Sequence record: OZ336095.1
Reading direction: 5' to 3' (one strand)
Source: a phage
Length of the DNA: 64,000 bases
The notes beneath the pieces are model-generated. The model was given only the letters and a program-made list of their open reading frames with translations, ran no database searches and was not told the origin of the DNA. The translations under genes and the position numbers were made by a program. Positions 1-11,098 of this stretch are shown here, in pieces. Positions within the stretch are counted from its first letter, which is position 1; every line of letters begins with the position of its first letter.

Positions 1-261
1 TTTACTGGCTTTAGCATACATTACATCATCTTTGCCAAAGTCTATGCCTAAGTATGGTACAGAATTTGTTAAGATGAGGTTTGCACGTTCTGGTAAAGGT
101 TTACTACCCAGAGTCTTAAAAGTCTCATTACCCATGACTACTAAGTTATTTTTAGTGAGTCTCTTAAACTCTTGCATGTCCTGTTTATGTCGAGGCCACG
201 GCATACCAGTCGGTGTACCAAATTCACCGTTTTCACCACTTGCAAAGATTAATTTAATCAT
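1..261 (-). CDS. frd: Dihydrofolate reductase, N-terminal part only (gene runs off the window start)
   Basis: Reverse-strand translation from ATG at 261..259 gives MIKLIFASGENGEFGTPTGMPW...VVMGNETFKTLGSKPLPERANLILT, matching DHFR N-terminal motifs; not in ORF track because it is truncated. Confidence 0.6.
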   Translation of the reverse strand, partial: MIKLIFASGENGEFGTPTGMPWPRHKQDMQEFKRLTKNNLVVMGNETFKTLGSKPLPERANLILTNSVPYLGIDFGKDDVMYAKASK

Positions 262-518
262 TTTGTAAATCCTTTCTTAATGAACCAGTTGATAACATTC
301 TTCACAGCTTTATTGCTATGGTAGATTAAGTGTGGTGCAGGTTGGTATGAACCATAAGCCCAGAAAGCAATGATTTCATTACACCCTGTACACCTTGTAC
401 TCTCTTCAGCGATATGACCGTTGACTATTTCACTTACCTCACCTTGCAAGTCTGTACATCCACAATGTGGACATCGGATAGGTGTTCCATCAGACTCATA
501 GCAGTGTTCAATTTTCAT
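258..518 (-). CDS. Cys-rich small protein (putative zinc-binding), 86 aa
   Basis: ORF track; CPHCGC...CTGC cysteine pairs; stop overlaps frd start. Confidence 0.4.
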   Translation of the reverse strand: MKIEHCYESDGTPIRCPHCGCTDLQGEVSEIVNGHIAEESTRCTGCNEIIAFWAYGSYQPAPHLIYHSNKAVKNVINWFIKKGFTK

Positions 519-1034
519 TTATTTAACCTCAAAAACTGGCTCAAGAACCAATATAAAGTCTACACAGTCATCTTCTTCATCCAGAATACCATCAAAGTTC
601 TTAGGAACGAAGTCGAAGAGGCTCATAACAAAACAGTCAGAAGTGACCCTGATAGTTCCTCCCATGTTCTCTACAGTTAACACTGTGCGACTTTCTTTTA
701 CCTCCCTCAGAAGATTACTCACAAAGTCATCTAAGAAGTACTTCATCAATGACTTAAAACCTTTAGGGTAGTCTGTACCAGAGTATGTTTCAATCTGAGG
801 GACAAGCTTAACATTTATGCTAGTCTTTGTTAAGAACGTACTAGAGAACATACTGTCAGGTAGTTTACAAACAATCTTTCCAGTACCTTCATGTTCAATC
901 TCAACAAAACCAGCTTCATCGCCACATGTAACTATTTTAAAAGATGCTTCATTCTCACCCTGTGAAGCCATAAACTTTTTAAGCATCTCTTTAAGGAAAT
1001 CTGCATGAGCATCTTGTAAGTAGACATCAATCAT
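519..1034 (-). CDS. Hypothetical protein, 171 aa
   Basis: ORF track; abuts neighbouring minus-strand genes; no recognisable motif. Confidence 0.5.
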   Translation of the reverse strand: MIDVYLQDAHADFLKEMLKKFMASQGENEASFKIVTCGDEAGFVEIEHEGTGKIVCKLPDSMFSSTFLTKTSINVKLVPQIETYSGTDYPKGFKSLMKYFLDDFVSNLLREVKESRTVLTVENMGGTIRVTSDCFVMSLFDFVPKNFDGILDEEDDCVDFILVLEPVFEVK

Positions 1035-1047
1035 AGTTAATCACCTA

Positions 1048-1407
1048 TTATGGGAACAGACACTTAATGTCATCGTTTTTGAAAACAAAACTTGTGTAGT
1101 TGTGACCATCAACATCCAACCAAACAGCCTGAACATCTACACCATCAAGATTCTGGTAAAGCTCTTTGATGAAGTGGTCTTTCACAATCTGACTGCTAGT
1201 TGTTTCCAGCTTAATGTTCGAGATTGCTGAACCTACAGCCATATAGCCCATGACACGTTTCTTCTCAGTATGCTTAATCTTACCATCTTTGTAAGCCATA
1301 ATGAGATTGGAGAGAATCTTCACACCATAATACTTTTCAAGGTGAGTGGGTACGCCATAAAAACCTAATGCGAAGTTTTCAGAGTGGATAATGTTTTCAC
1401 GTTTCAT
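1048..1407 (-). CDS. Hypothetical protein, 119 aa
   Basis: ORF track; tight spacing in minus-strand operon. Confidence 0.5.
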   Translation of the reverse strand: MKRENIIHSENFALGFYGVPTHLEKYYGVKILSNLIMAYKDGKIKHTEKKRVMGYMAVGSAISNIKLETTSSQIVKDHFIKELYQNLDGVDVQAVWLDVDGHNYTSFVFKNDDIKCLFP

Positions 1408-1408
1408 A

Positions 1409-1708
1409 TTAATCTGCCAACCTTAAATTAAAATTAACACCAAATTTTTCACATACTTCCAACATATACTCAAGGGAGACATTACCAGTGAGATGAATTA
1501 TGTTGGACACACGAGCCTGAGAGATACCACAAATTTTAGCAACTTGCTCTTGAGAAAGACCTCTGGATTTAATCTCTCTCTTAAAACGATGTGCAACGAA
1601 ATCTCTCATTTCGTATACATCCATTGGACAAATATAACTCTCCATTTCAGCCTCTCTATCAGCCTCCCAATCATCTTGTGGGGCATAAGGGTCAAAAACC
1701 TCATTCAT
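1409..1708 (-). CDS. Putative helix-turn-helix DNA-binding protein
   Basis: ORF 1409..1738 trimmed to internal Met with GGAAG RBS; segment LSQEQVAKICGISQARVSNI resembles an XRE-type HTH. Confidence 0.4.
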   Translation of the reverse strand: MNEVFDPYAPQDDWEADREAEMESYICPMDVYEMRDFVAHRFKREIKSRGLSQEQVAKICGISQARVSNIIHLTGNVSLEYMLEVCEKFGVNFNLRLAD

Positions 1709-1913
1709 CTTTCTTCTTCCGTTTGCGTGAAGTATCAATCAACGAATCTATGTTTGTAGCTCTAACCTTTTCACGTTCATCGTTAAGATAATCATCAAGA
1801 GCCTTTTCAATCTGTGAATCATCTTGACAGATGACTGTAAAGACTGTAAAGCCGTCTGTATCATCAATTATCTTACCATAACCGCTTCTGGGATGTAACT
1901 TTTTAAGAGCCAT
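1701..1913 (-). CDS. Hypothetical protein, 70 aa, lysine-rich C-terminus
   Basis: ORF track. Confidence 0.4.
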   Translation of the reverse strand: MALKKLHPRSGYGKIIDDTDGFTVFTVICQDDSQIEKALDDYLNDEREKVRATNIDSLIDTSRKRKKKDE

Positions 1914-1914
1914 A

Positions 1915-2298
1915 TCAAATACCTGTGCAGCTTCTGTTTTCTAAGAAATACTCAACACCATACATAGCTTTTTGCATCAAATCTTCTTTAAACTGGATAC
2001 GGTGGTTGAGCATCGCCTGTACATCAATATCATCATGGTGTTTCTCTTTAATGTTTGCAGATTGCAGGAAATACTCTGCAAGAACACGATATTGATAGTC
2101 AGTTACCTTATCAGTCATCTCTGTCAAAGACTCTTCAGAGATTGGTTTAAGTAACTCACCATTAGCTAGAGCAATACCTTTTACAATCTGGCAAGTGTCT
2201 TCTGGAACACCTGATAAGTCCACATTTGGAAGTTCTGTTGCATTGACTGGTAAATTCATTGCCATAACCATTGCAGCAGCTAATAAAATCTTTTTCAT
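1915..2298 (-). CDS. Putative secreted/periplasmic protein, 127 aa
   Basis: N-terminal signal-peptide-like MKKILLAAAMVMAMNLPVNA. Confidence 0.5.
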   Translation of the reverse strand: MKKILLAAAMVMAMNLPVNATELPNVDLSGVPEDTCQIVKGIALANGELLKPISEESLTEMTDKVTDYQYRVLAEYFLQSANIKEKHHDDIDVQAMLNHRIQFKEDLMQKAMYGVEYFLENRSCTGI

Positions 2299-2684
2299 AA
2301 TGACCTCAAAGTTATATTAAATTTTGTATTACGTTGAGTATAAAAATAAGCTATAACACCTGACTTGTCAACAGATTTTATAGCTTATTTGGCAGATTTT
2401 TTATAAGGCTACTGCCATCCTTCCATACCATACCACACCAAACCACACCATACCGAACCACACCCTACCAAACCCGACCAAACCCGACCGAGCATCACTT
2501 AAAAATCCTCTTAGAAGACTCTTAAGTGATGTAATCGAATTTTTATGTAGCTCCGATTAACTACCCGCACTTTACCAAACCTCACCCTACCCTACCAGAC
2601 CTTACCTAACCGCGCCGTACCTCATTAAAAGACCCTCTTAAAGACCTTTTAAAAAGGAGCCTCCGAAGAGGCTACCTAGTCAAC
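2299..2684. repeat. Structured intergenic element A: C-rich/G-poor ACC-type tracts plus conserved double-hairpin module
   Basis: Inverted repeat catcacttaa...ttaagtgatg followed by aatcgaattt...cgattaactaccc; shared with 3731..4090. Confidence 0.6.
2646..2673 (-). terminator. Rho-independent terminator for minus-strand gene pair
   Basis: Hairpin agcctc-cgaa-gaggct; T-run on minus strand (plus cttttaaaaa). Confidence 0.5.
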
Positions 2685-3125
2685 TTAGAAAGGTTTTCTA
2701 CGTTGCTTGTTAATGTTAGCTTTCATAGCAGCTAAATGGTTTTGCTGTTCAATCAGTCGTGAGCGTTCTTGATGGCTAAGTGCCATAGTGTTCACATTCT
2801 CAATCGCTTGAGTGGCTTGCTTTAAAGCACGACCAATCTTACCAGACATTTTACGTTTTGCAATAGTTGCTTGATGTTTAGGTTCAACCACACGATAGCC
2901 AACACCCATTGAAGCAACCAGATAAATCTTCTCTTCTTTAAGAAGCTTTTCAATAAACTTCTCAAGTCGGTTTAGTCGTGTAAGTGCATAAGCCTTCATT
3001 TCATCTTCGTACTTAACAATGTCACCTTGATAAGTTGGCTTCACAATACCTAAGAAGGTGTCCATCTCAGAATGTGATACAGTGTCACCGTAACTGAACT
3101 TTGCTGCTAATGCTTTTGTATTCAT
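2685..3125 (-). CDS. Hypothetical protein, 146 aa
   Basis: ORF track; first gene of a two-gene cassette flanked by repeated structured elements. Confidence 0.5.
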   Translation of the reverse strand: MNTKALAAKFSYGDTVSHSEMDTFLGIVKPTYQGDIVKYEDEMKAYALTRLNRLEKFIEKLLKEEKIYLVASMGVGYRVVEPKHQATIAKRKMSGKIGRALKQATQAIENVNTMALSHQERSRLIEQQNHLAAMKANINKQRRKPF

Positions 3126-3127
3126 AA

Positions 3128-4090
<963 letters not shown>

Positions 4091-4312
4091 AGTGATGCTG
4101 GTGAGTACCCGTTGGTTTATGCTGCTCAGTATACTCACCAAATTTTCTATGTCAACAACTTTTTATAAAAAAGTTCTGATAGCTATATGTGTCACGAAAC
4201 AAAAGATTGTAAACAAGACACCCATTGCAAAAGATGTGTCCAAAAGCTTACTTGCAACGTATGACAATACAAAGACAACCAGTATAAACAGAATGACTGT
4301 ACTGAACATAGT

Positions 4313-5413
4313 TTATTCATAATCCCTAATAACTATCCCTACAGGAAACTGTAAAGAACCCTTACGAGTCATCTTCTGGAACTGAACAGTTAAAGGTTTC
4401 CCGATAAACTCTTCAGGATGTTCAGCAAGATACTGTTTCTTCTCATGAGTAGTCTTCCATGAGACATCTACAAAGACATTAGGAAGAGTCTCTACAACGA
4501 ACTTGCCATGACCACGTTTATCGGTCTTTACACCAGTCACTTTAAACTCTTCAGTGTGCATCTTCTTGTGCTTAATCAAGAAGTATGAACGGTGACCACA
4601 CTCGTAGAAAGATTCTTCAGAGATTGAGCGGTACATTGCACCTTCAAACTTAGCTTCAACCCACTTATCATGAGCTTCATCAAACTCTTCCCAAGAATTT
4701 ACACGGATAGTCTGCACAGGAACAACTCTACAGGTATCCCCAAGCTCAACAATGGGTGAGTTATCAATAACTTCACGACGCTCAGGCCAAGATTTTGAAT
4801 TGTCACAGATATCATACCAGTAGAATTTAAGAAGGTGACGGTCTGGATTGTCAGCATTCTTAATCATAGATACAATATCTTCTAAGTCCCAACCATGAGC
4901 ATAAATCTCTCCATCAAAGTCTTCAACTTGCGGGTGTAATTTAAGCAACAAAAGCAAATCTGGGATTAGTTCTGCTGGAACGTTGTAAACAGTATTCTCA
5001 CGAGAATAAGCCGTGAAACTAACTGAATCATCATCTCTTGAAATTCTACAACGTACACCATCCAGTTTTGGTTGAGCATCAGCAGGGAACTTCAGATACT
5101 TTGCGTGACTAACCTTTGCAGCATCATGAGCAAGCTGTACGCCTACCTTCTCAGTATTCTGTGCAGACTCTTTTGTGTAAGCATAACCTTTACGGTCAAC
5201 TTGCTTTTTATACTTAGCAGCAACTTCAAAGAGAGCTTGCTGTTCAGCATTACGCTCATTCTTTTTACCGATGTTCTTAGGCTCTGCTGTGTACTCTTCA
5301 AACATCATCTTGCCATTTTCTTTACCATAGGTTGTGATAACTTTGTCACCTACAGCAACACATGACCAGACGTTGAAGGAACCATCTTTATTTTGTTTGT
5401 ACAGAATTGTCAT
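4313..5413 (-). CDS. ATP-dependent DNA ligase (nucleotidyltransferase superfamily)
   Basis: Motif I KLDGVR, DGEIY, EGAMYR, LIKHKK; start moved to Met 13 with GAGG RBS; about 115 aa N-terminal extension before motif I. Confidence 0.6.
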   Translation of the reverse strand: MTILYKQNKDGSFNVWSCVAVGDKVITTYGKENGKMMFEEYTAEPKNIGKKNERNAEQQALFEVAAKYKKQVDRKGYAYTKESAQNTEKVGVQLAHDAAKVSHAKYLKFPADAQPKLDGVRCRISRDDDSVSFTAYSRENTVYNVPAELIPDLLLLLKLHPQVEDFDGEIYAHGWDLEDIVSMIKNADNPDRHLLKFYWYDICDNSKSWPERREVIDNSPIVELGDTCRVVPVQTIRVNSWEEFDEAHDKWVEAKFEGAMYRSISEESFYECGHRSYFLIKHKKMHTEEFKVTGVKTDKRGHGKFVVETLPNVFVDVSWKTTHEKKQYLAEHPEEFIGKPLTVQFQKMTRKGSLQFPVGIVIRDYE

Positions 5414-5606
5414 TTTTAACCTCTGAGTGATACCAAGTGTTGCAAGCATTACATGCGTAAAGCTCTAAGTCGTTTTTATCTGGTTTATGGAAACAGTTTG
5501 ACCCACAACGACACCGGAATAACTTACCATCAACACGAAGAATGAATGTTTCAAGCTCACCATCTTCTGTAAGAACTGCGTTCTTAAATTTATTATCTTT
5601 ACCCAT
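5388..5606 (-). CDS. Small zinc-ribbon-like protein, 72 aa
   Basis: CRCGSNC...CNACN cysteine pairs. Confidence 0.4.
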   Translation of the reverse strand: MGKDNKFKNAVLTEDGELETFILRVDGKLFRCRCGSNCFHKPDKNDLELYACNACNTWYHSEVKNDNSVQTK

Positions 5607-5762
5607 TTGTACTCTCGCCTGTGTCAGATTTTATATAAGACCTCTCACTACGTCTTTTAATGAAATGTACAACGCATTTTGGTGTATTTTTTACATCTTT
5701 AATGTGCAACCTTTCGAAACTGTGTACTGTGAAGATTGCATCTGTCATTGTTTGCTTAGATT

Positions 5763-5969
5763 TCATTTTCTCTTACCACCAATTTCCACGTCGATAACTT
5801 GAACATCACCAGCAACATCAAACTTATGAATGATGCTTTCCACAGTGTAAGTCCAACCATCAATGCGAACAAGCTCACCTTCTCGTGGAACTATTGGATT
5901 GCGTTGAGCTACAGTTGTAGTGGAGTGAACAACATCATAACGATAGATATAGTTTACTAATACTTCCAT
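5763..5969 (-). CDS. Hypothetical small protein
   Basis: ORF 5763..6068 trimmed to internal Met (MEVLVNY) with GAGG RBS so it no longer overlaps the lipoprotein gene. Confidence 0.35.
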   Translation of the reverse strand: MEVLVNYIYRYDVVHSTTTVAQRNPIVPREGELVRIDGWTYTVESIIHKFDVAGDVQVIDVEIGGKRK

Positions 5970-5979
5970 CGTAAAAACC

Positions 5980-6237
5980 TCACTCAATAACCGTGGTATG
6001 TGATTGACCATTTTTGCCATAGCTATAAGATGTTGTTGTTTGAGAGTTTGGGCATCTGACAACAACAATATCTCTGCTTATAGCATCACCATTGAGTTTG
6101 TAGATTTTGCAGTCTTGCATCTCTGGAGGGAGGCTGTAAGAAGCATCTTTGTTTTCATAAGATGGGTTGCAGCCAGCCAGAAAAATTACTCCAAGTGCAA
6201 CCATTGCTTTCACACAACTCTTAACCTTATTGTTCAC
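5980..6237 (-). CDS. Putative lipoprotein, 85 aa
   Basis: Signal peptide with lipobox-like LAGC. Confidence 0.5.
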   Translation of the reverse strand: MNNKVKSCVKAMVALGVIFLAGCNPSYENKDASYSLPPEMQDCKIYKLNGDAISRDIVVVRCPNSQTTTSYSYGKNGQSHTTVIE

Positions 6238-6369
6238 GATAGTCTACCTCTCTGTATGTTTTTAAATAGTGAGTGATGAGTTCTGGTAATTCACTACGTT
6301 TAACGTTTGAACGAAGAAGTGTCCAGTCAAAACCTTTACCAACCCTTCCCCAGAGACTGTACATCTTCT

Positions 6370-6603
6370 TCATAGCAACTCCAGAATATCAATACGTTCA
6401 CCTTTGAGTACTCCAGTACGGTCTTTTGCAATCTTACCGTCAACGATAAGGATGTGTGTAGACCTTAAAGCGTCGTTGTTAAAGGTTTTTACGAACTTGC
6501 TAGGCATGACTACAATGGACATCTCCTGAATTAACTCTGGAGTGTAGCAGTTATCATGAAGTTGCTGAATAACGTCTGCAAGTGTCATTTTTGATGTCTC
6601 CAA
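6370..6603 (-). CDS. Hypothetical protein, 77 aa
   Basis: ORF track. Confidence 0.4.
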   Translation of the reverse strand: METSKMTLADVIQQLHDNCYTPELIQEMSIVVMPSKFVKTFNNDALRSTHILIVDGKIAKDRTGVLKGERIDILELL

Positions 6604-6800
6604 TATTCAATGTCAATAAGCTCTTGTGCAATGCTTTTCAGATTACCTTTCAAGAAAACCTTCTCAGAACCTGAAAGAGATGAATTATCAATTAGCCTGT
6701 TCATTCTCTCAAACAACTTCTGCTTACGATTCTTGATGGTTTCCTTTGAAGCACCTTTCATCATTGCTGCATGGGTTCTTCCACGGTGGCTCATAATCAC
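6585..6800 (-). CDS. Hypothetical protein, 71 aa
   Basis: ORF track. Confidence 0.4.
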   Translation of the reverse strand: MIMSHRGRTHAAMMKGASKETIKNRKQKLFERMNRLIDNSSLSGSEKVFLKGNLKSIAQELIDIEYWRHQK

Positions 6801-6855
6801 TCCTATATAAGATATAGTATAAGGTACTCTTCCATGAGCACCTTGTCAATACTAA

Positions 6856-9555
6856 TTAGTGAACCTCAAGCCAGCTTTTACCAACCTTACCAGTACCTAT
6901 AACAAGTGTTTCTTTCTTAAGACCTAAGTTTTTAGAAGCTTGTCCATAATACCAGTCAGTAACTGCTTTCACTTCTGCCGTCATACTTTCTGGACATTCC
7001 CAACTTGTTTCATCGTGATATGCGCAGAGCAAACGAGCACCAATAGCTGGTTGACGACCATTCAACTTCATCAAACCTTCGTCAATCATACGACGACAAG
7101 CAAGGTTAATTGCCTCATTTTGAATCTGAGCCTCTGAACCCATCAAAAGATAGTTCAACAGTTTGTGTGGAGATTTACACCACAACCAAGCTCCAGCAAC
7201 CTTTACAAAACCCCCTTTAGAGATTGCAGCAGTCTTACCAAACACCTCTTCAAGTGCCTTCTTAGTTGCTTTGTAGTCAGCTTCCAAGTTATCTAGCAAC
7301 TTCTTAATTTTAGGCAAACGCACAAAGTAAGTCTGTTTAGTTAATGCACCTTCCTGAGTAGTGGCTGCCTTAATAGTTTTAGCAAACTTTTCATCACCTG
7401 CACCGAACAGTAGTGCATAGATACCATTCTTAGCTTTCTTACGACCTTTGCTAATCTCATGAAGAAGATTCTCATCCTGAGTAGCTCGACAAGTCAAGAT
7501 ATCCTGCTCATCATTCAAGCTAAAGTAAATACTGTTCAGTGTATGTGCATCAGTCCCTGAATAGACAACGTACAGGTCATTCTCAGAGTCATAGCGAAGG
7601 TACTTATCAATCTCTGGGTTTAGGTACTCATCAAAATGTTTGCAGTAATAGCGTCCATCTTCTTGACGAATAAACTCAATCTCTTCTTTACCTTGCGTTA
7701 CCGCTTTGGTGAAGTCTTTGTCACCCATAAAGTTACAAAGGAGAACTAGCTGAGCTGAGTTCATGTCTACAGAGACAACATTAGTACCTTCTTCACAAAT
7801 CCACACTGCCCTCATTGGTTCCCCATAGACGGCAGCACCAGACGGTACGTTTACAATACCATATTGTGTCATACGTCCAGTTGAAGTACCAAATACCATT
7901 GCACCAGCACTAAGGCGACCATCAGGACGAATCTGGTTCAACCAACCTTTTTCATCATCCTTTGAGTTCTCAATAGTTCTGCGTCTGTGCATCAAAGTGT
8001 AGTACTTAGCAATCTTCTGTCCAAGCTCACCTTCAATCGTATCATAAGATGATTCAGTAAGTTTTGGTGAAGTACGGATTAAGCAAGGCTCAAGCAAATC
8101 TGTGTATTTCTTCACAGACCAGTTATGCTCAATGTACTGTACACCTTCATGCTCAACATAGCTCAAACCACACCGCTCAATCATTTCCTGCCACTTAGGA
8201 TGTTTTGTAATCATCTTTTTATTGTCTTTGAAACGACAAACTTTGACAGGGCGACCATCTGAGTCTTTCTTGTAGTTCCAGTCATCTGGAATCCAACCAA
8301 CTGATTTCAAGTAGTCTTTAACAACTGCTACCTGAGTCATACGAGAAACTTCAAACTCAATTGGTGTATATGGTGCATCAATCAAACCTGTGTAGCGACT
8401 TGACTCAAGTTCAAAGTGGTTAACAACGTGACTGTTATAGTACTTCACAGTTTTGACTGTTTTTACTGGCTTCCAGTCTTTGCATTTCTTGCCAATCTTT
8501 GCATTCAACTCATTGCAAATTGCACGAGCATCCTTCATTGCTACAAAACCTTCCTTGTACTCTTCACCAGTTACAGAGTTGGTTGGTGTATAGCAATTTC
8601 TCTTTTCAATGTTGAAAATCTTTGTAGTTGGCTTACCAAATGGCTTGATTTCATATGTCTGCATCTCACCGTTACGTACCTGCTGACGATACTTTGTCTT
8701 AGGGTACTTGGTAATTCTCTTCAGTCCATCTGCATGACCGAATGTTTCAACATACTCATTCCAAGCTTTTGCAAACTCTTCTCCAGTGACTTTACCTTTG
8801 GTCTTAATAGTTGGAGGTAGATGTGGTTCAACCTCTGAAGCAAGTTCATTAGTCAATTTGTCAAGCTCCTTTACATGGAACTCCATAAGCTCCTTATCAG
8901 CTTTCCAACCATTGATAGCTTGTTGGCTCATCCAGAAAGATGTCTCTTTAGCTCGCATGTAAGTTTCATAAGTGTCTATACCACACTTCTTAAGCTTGAG
9001 ATACTCGTTATCAAGTGCCCGTTTAGTTTTGGCGTTAATACGGATATCTTCTACAACACGAGTGAAGATTTCTGCATTCCATACACCCCAATGCTCAATC
9101 TCTGGTTTACGAACACCAACACGAGCACCCCATGCAGCCAAACCATGAGCACCTTTATAACCCTTTGGAGTTGGTCTATCCATCCACTGAACACGAGACT
9201 GAATAAGAGAATCCTGAAAGAAATTACTCCACGGCTTACATTTTGGATTATCAAAGTTCCATAAATCCGGTGCAATGTGATTGAAGACCCACCAGTCATA
9301 ACCGAGGCCGTTATGGATACAAAGTCGTTTTGCCTTTAACGCAAACTCAACACCTTCACGTAAACCACCCTTAATGTACTTAGTGTACTTGTGACCGAGG
9401 ATAGGCTCATCTGTAAAGACCCATACAGGTGGCTCTTCATCGTCAGATTTATAGTCTGCAAAGGCCATTACGTGAACTTTAGTGAACTCAAGGAGTAAAC
9501 CATCAGTTTCTGTATCACCAACCAAATGTAAGTTTTTAAAATCTACGTTTTCCAT
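6856..9555 (-). CDS. DNA polymerase, family A (Pol I-like) with 3'-5' exonuclease domain
   Basis: Exo motif DTETDGL; motif A-like VSVDMNSAQLVLL; motif B-like RKKAKNGIYALLFGAG; motif C YHDE; start set at Met 11 with GGGAG RBS. Confidence 0.85.
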   Translation of the reverse strand: MENVDFKNLHLVGDTETDGLLLEFTKVHVMAFADYKSDDEEPPVWVFTDEPILGHKYTKYIKGGLREGVEFALKAKRLCIHNGLGYDWWVFNHIAPDLWNFDNPKCKPWSNFFQDSLIQSRVQWMDRPTPKGYKGAHGLAAWGARVGVRKPEIEHWGVWNAEIFTRVVEDIRINAKTKRALDNEYLKLKKCGIDTYETYMRAKETSFWMSQQAINGWKADKELMEFHVKELDKLTNELASEVEPHLPPTIKTKGKVTGEEFAKAWNEYVETFGHADGLKRITKYPKTKYRQQVRNGEMQTYEIKPFGKPTTKIFNIEKRNCYTPTNSVTGEEYKEGFVAMKDARAICNELNAKIGKKCKDWKPVKTVKTVKYYNSHVVNHFELESSRYTGLIDAPYTPIEFEVSRMTQVAVVKDYLKSVGWIPDDWNYKKDSDGRPVKVCRFKDNKKMITKHPKWQEMIERCGLSYVEHEGVQYIEHNWSVKKYTDLLEPCLIRTSPKLTESSYDTIEGELGQKIAKYYTLMHRRRTIENSKDDEKGWLNQIRPDGRLSAGAMVFGTSTGRMTQYGIVNVPSGAAVYGEPMRAVWICEEGTNVVSVDMNSAQLVLLCNFMGDKDFTKAVTQGKEEIEFIRQEDGRYYCKHFDEYLNPEIDKYLRYDSENDLYVVYSGTDAHTLNSIYFSLNDEQDILTCRATQDENLLHEISKGRKKAKNGIYALLFGAGDEKFAKTIKAATTQEGALTKQTYFVRLPKIKKLLDNLEADYKATKKALEEVFGKTAAISKGGFVKVAGAWLWCKSPHKLLNYLLMGSEAQIQNEAINLACRRMIDEGLMKLNGRQPAIGARLLCAYHDETSWECPESMTAEVKAVTDWYYGQASKNLGLKKETLVIGTGKVGKSWLEVH

Positions 9556-9615
9556 TTTTACTCCCTCTAAAATCATTAACCCCATACATTACTGCAAAAA
9601 ATTATAAAAAGCAAG

Positions 9616-9645
9616 TTGACAATACACTTGACAAGGTGTTAATCT
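9616..9645 (+). promoter_or_regulatory. Sigma70-like promoter candidate
   Basis: TTGACA, about 18 nt spacer, TAATCT; contains recurring CTTGACAAGGTG motif. Confidence 0.4.
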
Positions 9646-9812
9646 TTGCGAAGTGGGTTTTTACTTAAAAGGTTACTTAACAGTTTAACTATACAGATAC
9701 TTTAAAACTCTTAAAAGATTATTTAATAGCTTTTAAAAAGCTTTAAAGTATAACGTATAGAATACGTTAAGATAAAAGATTAAAACTTAATAGTTACTTA
9801 AAAGAGGCTTAC

Positions 9813-10235
9813 ATGCAGAAAATGTTTGTTCACCCAGACATAGCTGACTTTGTTAGAGCTTTGCAGAAGTTGGAAGAACTTGACATTGCTGCTCAACGGG
9901 AATATGCTCACCATCACAGGAGAATGGTTGATATACAACATGAAATAGAGTTGTCTGAAAACTATGAAGATGACTTAAAATGCTCTGTATTTGAGCATAT
10001 GAAAGATGTTGCTACAGCGAGACGTAAAGCTAAAGACACAGTTGCTTTACTAGATTCTCTTAAAAAGATGTTGCAAAGTGGTACAGACCTGTGTAATCTA
10101 GCGTCACTGATTAACGATGTTGAAACTTCTTGGGATAGGCACTATTATCCACGTTCTGAAAAGACACTTGACTTTTCTTCATCTGAAAACTTAAAATGTT
10201 CTAGAAAGAAACTTAACCAACTGAGAGAGAAATAA
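9813..10235 (+). CDS. Hypothetical protein, 140 aa
   Basis: ORF track; first plus-strand gene after divergent intergenic region. Confidence 0.5.
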   Translation: MQKMFVHPDIADFVRALQKLEELDIAAQREYAHHHRRMVDIQHEIELSENYEDDLKCSVFEHMKDVATARRKAKDTVALLDSLKKMLQSGTDLCNLASLINDVETSWDRHYYPRSEKTLDFSSSENLKCSRKKLNQLREK

Positions 10236-10236
10236 T

Positions 10237-11037
10237 ATGAATATCGATGTAGAAAAGATGCTTGAAGAAAAAGGTATTGACGAAGCATTTTTAATCAATG
10301 CCGTAGAAAGCATGGCTATGATTCTTCGTGGGAACAACTACACAGAACAGTTTATGCCTGCAAGCTATAACTTGCCTGAAGACAAGTCTGATAACGGTGC
10401 TTTTGCAGAACAGGTTAACATGATGCTTTGCGACAAAACACTCGCTCTGGCATCTATTGCGGTTGGTGTTGATGCTCTTGCAGAGTTTATTTTTTATGAG
10501 ATGCAGAGAAATGACTATATCAGGATGTCAGACGAAGATAAGGAACTGTTGCTGACTAAGGACACTGATTTCATTATTGATACACTTATCTCATCAACAA
10601 GTGCTGTTATGGCTGTTCTTGAGAAGCGTATGGAAGAGAAACTTTCACGATATGAAAAACTTGATTGGGGCGTAGAAGAATTAAGCCCACGAATCAAAGA
10701 GATTATCCAGCAAACTAAAGAGTCTTTGGAAGAAGCTGTTGAAAATGACTCTGTAGCTGATATAGAACCACTTCAGGTGAAAGTTGCACTGATGATTCCA
10801 GCTATCTCTACGATGATGAATATCGTTGCACTAATCCAACTTTCACAGATGATGGGTGTGAGTATTGAGTTCATTGAAGAGATGACTGGTGGCGTCAGTA
10901 TGCAAGCAATCAATGATGTTTTGGTGAACATTGGTGCTTCCATCATTGAAGAGAAACTACGCATTAACTTCGGTGATGATTTTGTGAAGCAACTCTCAGC
11001 TATGGCTGAAAAAGAGTCTGCTGAGCAACTTCACTAA
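10237..11037 (+). CDS. Hypothetical acidic protein, 266 aa
   Basis: ORF track. Confidence 0.5.
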   Translation: MNIDVEKMLEEKGIDEAFLINAVESMAMILRGNNYTEQFMPASYNLPEDKSDNGAFAEQVNMMLCDKTLALASIAVGVDALAEFIFYEMQRNDYIRMSDEDKELLLTKDTDFIIDTLISSTSAVMAVLEKRMEEKLSRYEKLDWGVEELSPRIKEIIQQTKESLEEAVENDSVADIEPLQVKVALMIPAISTMMNIVALIQLSQMMGVSIEFIEEMTGGVSMQAINDVLVNIGASIIEEKLRINFGDDFVKQLSAMAEKESAEQLH

Positions 11038-11055
11038 GTCTTTATAAATCTTACA

Positions 11056-11079
11056 AGCCTCCTTAGTTGGGGGCTTTTT
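11056..11079 (+). terminator. Rho-independent terminator candidate
   Basis: Imperfect hairpin aagcctcc...gggggctt followed by TTTTT. Confidence 0.4.
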
Positions 11080-11098
11080 AGTAATTAATGGAGATAAA

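Noticed and set aside
32-268. Plus-strand ORF of 78 aa at the window start
   Set aside because: Lies antisense to the clearly recognisable DHFR N-terminus on the minus strand; no RBS; treated as a shadow ORF
8416-9299. Several ORFs (82-134 aa) on both strands inside the DNA polymerase gene
   Set aside because: Embedded within or antisense to a well-supported 899-aa polymerase ORF; low-complexity hydrophobic translations typical of out-of-frame readings
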